Assembly: GCF_006376685.1 (NCBI RefSeq)
Contig: NZ_VEWL01000001.1
Span: 351,869-375,868 of the forward strand
Source: Ochrobactrum teleogrylli
GTDB taxonomy: Bacteria; Pseudomonadota; Alphaproteobacteria; Rhizobiales; Rhizobiaceae
Reading direction: 5' to 3'
DNA length: 24,000 nucleotides
In this document: one piece after another, positions 17,938-24,000 of the stretch
Layout of the letters: each line of letters opens with the position of its first letter
Position numbering within the stretch: the stretch's first letter is position 1
The notes under the pieces: model-generated
Seen by the model: only the letters and a program-made list of their open reading frames with translations
The model's database searches: none
Told to the model about the DNA's origin: nothing
Position numbers and translations under genes: made by a program

Positions 17938-18942
17938 TCAAAGCACGGCGAGGCTGACGAGCCAGGCGATGAGCACCGAGACAGGGCCCATGATCTGGCG
18001 GCTGATCAGGATCGCAGGCACGCCGATTTCAATCGTCTTCGGTTTGGCTTCACCGAGCGCCAGACCCACTGGCACGAAGTCGCAACCGACCTGCGTGTTA
18101 TAGGCGAAGAGCGCGGGCAGGGCCATTGCCGGAGCGATGGTGCCATTGGCAATCTGCGGGCCGATAATGGCCACACCCACTACCTGCGCGATGACTGCGC
18201 CCGGTCCAAGGATCGGAGAAAGAAACGGCAAGCCGCAGATAGCCGACAGCACAAGCAGGCCAATGATATTGTTGGCGAGTGGTCCCATCGGCTGGGCAAG
18301 AATATCGCCGATGCCGGTGTAAAGAATGAGACCGATCAGCATCGTCACGAAAGCCATGAATGGCAGAACGTTGCGGATGACCTGATCGATGGTGCGGCGA
18401 CCGGCGTTGAAGAAAATGCCGACGACACGGCCCATGACGCGGCCGATCCGGCTGATCAGCCCGACAAGGCCGCCATCATTCGATGTATCGATTGGCGCTG
18501 CTGGCTTTTCGTCGGCCTTTGGGGCTGCGGCTGCAAAGGACGCGGTGGCGGCAGGAGCCTCGGAGCCATCGGCAGGAACGACATTTTCGGGCTTCACGCC
18601 GGAGACATAAATGTCTTCGGTAATAAACTGCGCAAGCGGGCCGGACTGGCCCACGGGCGTGAGATTGACGGTCGGGATGCGCTTGCGCGGATAGACGCCG
18701 CAACGGGCGGTGCCGCCGCAATCGACCACGACGACAGCCATTTCGCTTTCAATGGGCGGAGCGCGGAAACCGTCTACGGCTTCGCCTCCGGTCATTTCCG
18801 CGATCTGTCTGGCGAGCGGATGGATGCCGCCGCCGGTCACGGATACGATCTTGCTACGCTGTTCGGTGGGCTGGATGACAAGCGGTCCGCCCCAGCCACC
18901 GGAGCCGTGGGAAATTCTAACGGATTTGTAGGTTTTGGCCAT
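17938..18942 (-). CDS. srlE: PTS glucitol/sorbitol-type EIIB(C) subunit
   Basis: MAKTYKSVRISHGSGGWGGPLVIQP...VVVDCGGTARCGVYPRKRIPTVNLTPVGQSGPLAQFITEDIYVSGV, then a transmembrane domain with TRVAxx-like ISRQIMGPVS terminus. Confidence 0.92.
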   Translation of the reverse strand: MAKTYKSVRISHGSGGWGGPLVIQPTEQRSKIVSVTGGGIHPLARQIAEMTGGEAVDGFRAPPIESEMAVVVVDCGGTARCGVYPRKRIPTVNLTPVGQSGPLAQFITEDIYVSGVKPENVVPADGSEAPAATASFAAAAPKADEKPAAPIDTSNDGGLVGLISRIGRVMGRVVGIFFNAGRRTIDQVIRNVLPFMAFVTMLIGLILYTGIGDILAQPMGPLANNIIGLLVLSAICGLPFLSPILGPGAVIAQVVGVAIIGPQIANGTIAPAMALPALFAYNTQVGCDFVPVGLALGEAKPKTIEIGVPAILISRQIMGPVSVLIAWLVSLAVL

Positions 18943-18960
18943 GATGTCCTCCCGCGCGCC

Positions 18961-19737
18961 TTAAAGCTCGATGCCCTGACGGCGCGCCATGATGGCGGTG
19001 ATGCGTTCGGTGAGCATGCCTTTGAGCAGGATCACGACGAGGCCGACGATGGCGTACCAGATGGCCACATTGATGTGATAGCCATTGGCGACAGCGCCTT
19101 TCTTTTCCAGTTCAAGCAGCGCCACGAGTACGCCACCCCAGACGAAATATTCGCCGGGATTGATATGCGGGAAGAGGCCAAGTGGCGGATGCACATAGGA
19201 CACTGCCGCGTCGTAAAAGGCAGGCTTGTGCTTTTCCTCAAGGAACGAACCGAAGGTATAGGCCATCGGATTGGTCAGGAAGAACACCGACAGCACCGGC
19301 AGAACCGTATAACGGGTTAGCGCGATGCGGCCCGCCCCCTGTGCCAAACCGTGCACGCGCTTTTCGCCGACGAGTTCGGTGATTGCGTAGAAGGCGGTCA
19401 TCAGAACCACCAGGGTCGGAATGATGCCGGTCACGAAACCGGAAAACACTTCGCCACCCTTTTGGAAAATACCGATGAAGTGCTTGCCGATCGAGGCCAG
19501 CCAGCCCAGCTGTTCTTCCTGCGTGACGTTTTGCAGTCGTTCCTTGAACTGATCGACAGTCAGATTGTCCGTGCCGGTTGCCTGTGCAAGTTGCACAAGG
19601 TTATCGCTACCGTGTTCGACGGCTAGCTTGCCGTGAAACACCGCGTCCGTTGCTATGTTGGCGGCCATCTGGCTCGCCACATGCAAGGACTGTAAGGTCG
19701 TATCGGCGCCTTGCGCCAGCATTGCAGCTATAGACAT
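18961..19737 (-). CDS. srlA: PTS glucitol/sorbitol-type EIIC with an unusual N-terminal extension
   Basis: GKHFIGIFQKGGEVFSGFVTGIIPTLVVLM..., FPHINPGEYFVWGG match SrlA. Start at ATG 19737 is preceded by GGAGGAGGAGAA; about 85 extra residues precede the conserved region. Confidence 0.9.
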   Translation of the reverse strand: MSIAAMLAQGADTTLQSLHVASQMAANIATDAVFHGKLAVEHGSDNLVQLAQATGTDNLTVDQFKERLQNVTQEEQLGWLASIGKHFIGIFQKGGEVFSGFVTGIIPTLVVLMTAFYAITELVGEKRVHGLAQGAGRIALTRYTVLPVLSVFFLTNPMAYTFGSFLEEKHKPAFYDAAVSYVHPPLGLFPHINPGEYFVWGGVLVALLELEKKGAVANGYHINVAIWYAIVGLVVILLKGMLTERITAIMARRQGIEL

Positions 19738-19813
19738 TTCTCCTCCTCCACGCCCGTCCTCGTCGGGCGATACCCCTTGAACATTGCCACCCAGTTCACG
19801 GTTGGACACACGC

Positions 19814-20242
19814 TCAGGCGTGCGCCAGCTTCAGTCCTTCGAGAGACGTGCCGTCGGATTGTTCGCGGATGCGGTCGATCTGGTCCATCGCCTGCTTTGC
19901 GGCAGCATTGACAGGTGACTTTTCGAGCGCTTCCTGTTCACGCCGCAAGGCATTGAGCGGCATGCCCTCATAGGCTTCCTGCCGCTTGAACTTCGCGAAC
20001 ACGGTTCGTCCGCTCATTTCGAGAAAGCGCCGGACCTTCAGGTCGCGGTCAACCACGATCATGACAATGACGCCTTTGCCGAAGCGCCCGCGTACATGGC
20101 CTGCACCCACGAATCCGTCAGAGTAGCGGGATGTGACGCCTTTCAGCACGTCGGAGTAATGGCGCATCTGAAACCAGACGCCCAGCGACTGGACCCCCCA
20201 TAAAAGAGCCAAAGCCAGTAAAGCCCATTGCCAGATAGCCAT
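19814..20242 (-). CDS. gutM: GutM-like glucitol-operon activator family protein
   Basis: MAIWQWALLALALLWGVQSLGVWFQMRHYSDVLKGVTSRYSDGFVGAGHVRGRFGKGVIVMIVVD; first gene of a glucitol-type PTS operon. Start at 20242 preceded by AGGAGGAGAAA. Confidence 0.85.
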   Translation of the reverse strand: MAIWQWALLALALLWGVQSLGVWFQMRHYSDVLKGVTSRYSDGFVGAGHVRGRFGKGVIVMIVVDRDLKVRRFLEMSGRTVFAKFKRQEAYEGMPLNALRREQEALEKSPVNAAAKQAMDQIDRIREQSDGTSLEGLKLAHA

Positions 20243-20305
20243 TTTCTCCTCCTCCACCGGAGGCTTCGTGCGTCTTTGAGCGCCGCCAGTCTCCGTCTCT
20301 TCACA

Positions 20306-20330
20306 GAACATTTGTTTTCTTAAATGTCAA
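20306..20330 (-). promoter_or_regulatory. Candidate operator and -35 element upstream of gutM-srlAEB-ptsHI
   Basis: GAACATTTGTTT at 20306-20317 (third exact copy of the 12-mer), with minus-strand TTGACA at 20330-20325. Confidence 0.5.
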
Positions 20331-20422
20331 TATGTATAATTATGAGGTGAAGATTGCGGGAAGGACAAGCTGACAACGGTAGCGGTTTCGCATATGGTCT
20401 GTCGGCATTGGAGGCGTGGAAT

Positions 20423-21055
20423 ATGGATTTGCTTTTGAAGAACCAGATGACATCGATGCCGGACTTGCGGCGTCGCTTGCGGCAGTTGCGCTGGTTCAGG
20501 GCGACGTTTCGCAAACACGCCAGTCTTCTCCATGATGTCTATGGTGTCGATTATGAGATCGACGAGCAGAAACTGACGGAAGCTTTTCTGAACTGGGTAG
20601 AACTGGTCGAGCAGAACAAGCGTTATGCCAAGGTGGACCGCAAGGATTTCATCACCTTTGCCGCCGGGCTGGTTCTGCGTGAACTGATCCGCCTGTCGCC
20701 TGCCCGGGGGTTATTGATCCCGAAGGCGAACGAGGGCGAGAATACGCCGCAACACGACATTATCGCCTTCTGGCCGGAGGGGTTCCTCTATACCAATTAC
20801 TGCATTTGCGCGATTGCCGCCGTGCAGGAGCAGGAATTCGGCGTGGCACAGGATATCGACGCCTGTGCGGACGATTTGCGAACCTGGTGGTCTTACCGGG
20901 AAAACGTGGCCGACATGCCGGGCTATGCGATAGCCTTCCTCGACAAGTTTCTGGGTGGCGAGCCGAACTGGGTCATGCCCGATCTCGCCTCGGCCCGCGT
21001 GGCGGTGCAAAGGGCGCTCGGCGCGCAAAATCCGTCAGGCGCGATAAAGGGTTAG
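20423..21055 (+). CDS. Uncharacterised protein divergent from gutM
   Basis: ORF MDLLLKNQMTSMPDLRRRLRQLRWFRATFRKHASLLHDVYGVDYEIDEQKLTEAFLNWVELVEQ...; ATG 20423 preceded by GGAGG. Track start at 20354 lies closer to the promoter region. No family recognised. Confidence 0.75.
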   Translation: MDLLLKNQMTSMPDLRRRLRQLRWFRATFRKHASLLHDVYGVDYEIDEQKLTEAFLNWVELVEQNKRYAKVDRKDFITFAAGLVLRELIRLSPARGLLIPKANEGENTPQHDIIAFWPEGFLYTNYCICAIAAVQEQEFGVAQDIDACADDLRTWWSYRENVADMPGYAIAFLDKFLGGEPNWVMPDLASARVAVQRALGAQNPSGAIKG

Positions 21056-21072
21056 CGCCTTTACCGGAAGTC

Positions 21073-21091
21073 GCCCGTCAGCTTGACGGGC
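21073..21091 (-). terminator. Hairpin GCCCGTCA-GCT-TGACGGGC at the 3' end of the acvB-like gene
   Basis: Perfect 8-bp stem, 3-nt loop, between convergent genes and overlapping the minus-strand stop codon; no clear T tract. Confidence 0.35.
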
Positions 21092-22490
21092 GCGGCGGCA
21101 GACCGGCGCGTGCGCGCATTTTGTCGAGCAGGGCGGCTGCAATCGGCTCGTAGTTTTCGTCGAAGTGGTGGCCACCCGCCAGTTTCATGACGTCCATGCC
21201 CTTCAACTCGCTTGCCGTGCAGGCGGTGTCGTCTTCCTCCTCGCCATAGACGCAGACGACGCGGTCGAGCGGAATGCTGGAAATTGCCGGAACGACATCC
21301 TTGTCGCCATCCATGCCAAGCCAGCCTTCGATAGAGACCTGAAAGGTTGTCGTGGTTTCGACACCAAGCAGCCCGATCATTTTTGTGCGGTCCTGAATGG
21401 CTGGATCGAGATATTTCCACGCGAAGGGGAAAGTATCGGCCCCGAAGGAATAGCCAAGCACCGTAACAGGCAATTTCCCTGTCGGATCGGCCTTCCTGAT
21501 CATTGCCGTGGTGTCTTTGGCGATTTCTTCCGGTGTGCGCTCCGACCAGAAATAGCGCAGAGAATCGACGCCGATGACATGCACGCCATGCGCTTGCAGC
21601 CATTCGCCGATGGATTTGTCGAGATCGCGCCAGCCGCCGTCACCGGAATAGAAGACCGCGACCATCTCCGCATTGCCGCCCTTGGCGGGAAGATCGACAA
21701 TCGGCAGGGCTTCATTCTTGGCGTCCTGATCAGCCATGGCGACAATGTTATCAACCGCCATTTTCATGCGCGCCGGGAAATCCTTGGCGCTCTGGAGAAC
21801 GGCGATATTTTGTTGCCGTGCTTCGACCGGGTTGTTGGTCTCCGTTCCGGGAGGGGCGACCACCAGAGCAGGTGCTGGTATCTGGGCGCCAAAAGCATAG
21901 GTAAATGCACCATCCGGTGTTTTCGTCGCAGCCGCCTTTTCTGTACAGGAGGGCAGGCGGGTTTTCGCCGGGGCAGGGTCGAGCGAGACAGCGCCCGCAA
22001 TGGTCGCATCGGGCGAATCCGACGCCGCGGCATAGGCAATCGTCGCACCCTGGCCGATGCCGGTCAGCACCGGATGGAAATAGACATCGAGATCAAGCCC
22101 GCGCAGCGCTTCCTTGGCGATGGCCTCAAAATCGGAGTCGAGATAGTTGCACTCGCCGTCTTCCTTATCGAGCGAAGCACGCCATGGGCCGAGTTCAACC
22201 GGCAAAACGATCATGTTTTTCGCAAGCAACGCGTCCATATAGGCGCGCTCCTTCTCGCCGATGCCCGCCTCGTCGCTGAGAAGGATGGTAAGTCCGACCG
22301 GGTCACCGTTCGGCATATAGACCGGGATGTTCGACAGCCGTTCGGCGCTTGCATGAATGACCGGCTCCTCGGAGCCTGTAAGTTTGGTCCACATGCGGGC
22401 GATCTTGCCAGTATGCAGCGACGCGTAAACGCCCGCCGCTCCAAGCAGCACAAGCCCGACCACGGTAAAGAGGACGCGTTCTTTCTTCAT
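21078..22490 (-). CDS. acvB: AcvB/VirJ-family virulence protein (alpha/beta-hydrolase fold)
   Basis: N-terminal membrane anchor; [75 protein letters not shown]. Adjacent to and overlapping an MprF/LpiA-like gene, as in the known lpiA-acvB arrangement. Confidence 0.88.
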   Translation of the reverse strand: MKKERVLFTVVGLVLLGAAGVYASLHTGKIARMWTKLTGSEEPVIHASAERLSNIPVYMPNGDPVGLTILLSDEAGIGEKERAYMDALLAKNMIVLPVELGPWRASLDKEDGECNYLDSDFEAIAKEALRGLDLDVYFHPVLTGIGQGATIAYAAASDSPDATIAGAVSLDPAPAKTRLPSCTEKAAATKTPDGAFTYAFGAQIPAPALVVAPPGTETNNPVEARQQNIAVLQSAKDFPARMKMAVDNIVAMADQDAKNEALPIVDLPAKGGNAEMVAVFYSGDGGWRDLDKSIGEWLQAHGVHVIGVDSLRYFWSERTPEEIAKDTTAMIRKADPTGKLPVTVLGYSFGADTFPFAWKYLDPAIQDRTKMIGLLGVETTTTFQVSIEGWLGMDGDKDVVPAISSIPLDRVVCVYGEEEDDTACTASELKGMDVMKLAGGHHFDENYEPIAAALLDKMRARAGLPPRPSS

Positions 22491-24000
22491 TTACGGATGA
22501 ACTCCAGTGGGCTGCCGTTGATCAGGGTTGTGGCGTCGAGAAGGGCGCGCGGTGTTTCCAGTCCGCCGGGGCAGACCATGTAATGCGGGGTCCAGACAGG
22601 ATCGAATTTTTCCTTGAAGGCTTTCAATCCGTCGAAATGATAGAGGTCCGCACCGCGCTTGTAGATGAAGGAGCCGAGCCGGTTCCAGCGCGAGGCGAGC
22701 CTGCTGCCGCTCAGTCCGGCAAGCGGGGCCGCGCCGAGATTGAACCACTGGTAGCCTTCGTTTTTGCTATACATGAGCAGCTTGGCGAAAAGCGCATCCA
22801 TCAGCAGCTTGTGCACATTGGGCATATAGCGCATCAGGTCCACGGTGATCTCGTATTTGTTTGCGCCGCGCCACAGATTGGCAAAGGCCACGATCTCGCC
22901 TTCGCTTTTCAGCACGGCGACATCGAAGCGCTGCATATAGTCGTCGTCAAAATAGCCGAGCGAAAATCCCTTTTCGCTGCCTGACTTGAAATCGAGCCAG
23001 GCGTCGGAAATTTCACGCAGGCGCGGGAGGGTCGGTGGAATGTCAGCGGCCCGAATAATTTCGAAGGTGAGGCCGTCCTTGTCGACCTTGCGGTCGGCAT
23101 AGCGGAATGGCTGGCGACGCGGCCCTTCCAGTGAAAAGTCCGTCAGGTTCACGCGGGCCACTTCGCCCAGTTTCAGCGCGACAAGCCCCATGTCGAGAAA
23201 CAGCGGCAGGCTTTGCGGGCCAACGCCGTAGAAAACCGTGCGCAGCGCTAATCTGTCCGCAAGCGCGTGAAACGACCATGCCGTTTCCTTGCCGGTTTCG
23301 GGGTTGCCGATCGGCTCGCCGAGCGCGATCAGGCTGCCACCGGATTGGGCATACATGATGAAGGCGCTGTTATCCGGTGCGAGCAGAAACTGCTTGTCGC
23401 CCAGCATGGCCAGCGCCGCGTCCGTATGCGGACATTCCGCCACCAGAGGAGGCACTGCTTCGGGGATTGAATAATCGACCTTTCGCCTGCGATGGCTGTT
23501 GCGGTTGATGATCGAATGCAGGCCGACAGCGGCGACCACTGCAAAAACCAGCACGGTCGCCCGCAGGAAGCGTGGCGCATTACCGCTCCATGCGAAATCC
23601 CACCACAGATCGCTCGAATATTCGACGTGCCGGTAAACGAAGAAGCCAAGCCATGTGGAAACAAGCACCGTGGTGCCGACTGTGGTGATCCAGTTCCAGC
23701 TCAGTTCGAAAGGTCCGGATATCGGGCGGCGATAGAAGGAATCACGAAAATTCCAGAGCGTTGAAGCGAAGATGCAGAGAATGACGGCTTCTTCCCAGTC
23801 GAGGCCCTTGGCGAGTGAAAACACCGCTCCGCTGAGAAGCAGCGTCATCGCCGCAACCCAAGCCCGTTCCAGACGCTTGGAAAGGCCACGCGCAACGATG
23901 AGCAGCGCGACGCCCACGAGGCTTGCCGCCAGATGCGACATTTCCATCAGGAATTCAGGCACGATGTCGGACAAAAGCTCAACGCGATAGCGCAAATTGG
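22487..24000 (-). CDS. mprF: MprF/LpiA-type phosphatidylglycerol lysyltransferase (DUF2156 domain), C-terminal part
   Basis: [21 protein letters not shown]-like motif, [82 protein letters not shown] remains open at the right window edge. Confidence 0.88.
   Translation of the reverse strand, partial: NLRYRVELLSDIVPEFLMEMSHLAASLVGVALLIVARGLSKRLERAWVAAMTLLLSGAVFSLAKGLDWEEAVILCIFASTLWNFRDSFYRRPISGPFELSWNWITTVGTTVLVSTWLGFFVYRHVEYSSDLWWDFAWSGNAPRFLRATVLVFAVVAAVGLHSIINRNSHRRRKVDYSIPEAVPPLVAECPHTDAALAMLGDKQFLLAPDNSAFIMYAQSGGSLIALGEPIGNPETGKETAWSFHALADRLALRTVFYGVGPQSLPLFLDMGLVALKLGEVARVNLTDFSLEGPRRQPFRYADRKVDKDGLTFEIIRAADIPPTLPRLREISDAWLDFKSGSEKGFSLGYFDDDYMQRFDVAVLKSEGEIVAFANLWRGANKYEITVDLMRYMPNVHKLLMDALFAKLLMYSKNEGYQWFNLGAAPLAGLSGSRLASRWNRLGSFIYKRGADLYHFDGLKAFKEKFDPVWTPHYMVCPGGLETPRALLDATTLINGSPLEFIRK

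Noticed and set aside
17893-19320. 475-aa plus-strand ORF rich in His/Asp/Arg
   Set aside because: Antisense to srlE and srlA, both of which have convincing PTS motifs.
21165-22583. 472-aa plus-strand ORF
   Set aside because: Antisense to the AcvB/VirJ-like gene; no family motif.
21078-24000. Overlapping AcvB-like and MprF-like genes as a possible novel lipid-modification system
   Set aside because: The ATGA-overlapping lpiA/mprF-acvB arrangement is already known in Agrobacterium and Rhizobium relatives (lysyl-phosphatidylglycerol synthesis and hydrolysis), so it is not reported as new.
1-24000. CRISPR arrays, transposons, tRNA or rRNA genes, toxin-antitoxin or phage-defence genes
   Set aside because: None was recognised by reading: no regularly spaced direct repeats, transposase motifs, or structural RNA signatures were seen. 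This is a by-eye check, not a tRNAscan/Infernal run.

Overview
This looks like an alphaproteobacterial chromosome segment of Brucella/Ochrobactrum type, inferred from protein signatures. From left to right it holds: the start of a xylulokinase gene plus a LacI-type regulator; a small secreted Pro/Gly/Trp-rich protein; an AraC regulator divergent from a TonB-dependent siderophore receptor, with a translationally coupled periplasmic binding protein; and a minus-strand operon of a COG4091/DRL-like oxidoreductase (SAF-domain, homoserine-dehydrogenase-like) with acetoin/2-oxoacid dehydrogenase-type E1alpha, E1beta and a lipoyl-alpha/beta-hydrolase 'E2'. Next come a divergent galactitol-type PTS (IIC-IIA-IIB), a SorC-type regulator, an uncharacterised 245-aa protein, and a glucitol-type PTS operon (gutM-srlA-srlE-srlB) ending in a fused HPr-Enzyme I gene. 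The right end has an uncharacterised 233-aa protein, an AcvB/VirJ-like protein and the C-terminal part of an MprF/LpiA-type protein. The most interesting region is 9.6-21 kb. It is a self-contained two-permease PTS locus with its own HPr-EI, no classical polyol-phosphate dehydrogenase, an oxidoreductase/TPP-dehydrogenase module in its place, and two orphan proteins. Three perfect copies of a 12-mer (GAACATTTGTTT) lie in two divergent promoter regions, which suggests one regulon. All family calls come from reading protein sequences; no database searches were run.
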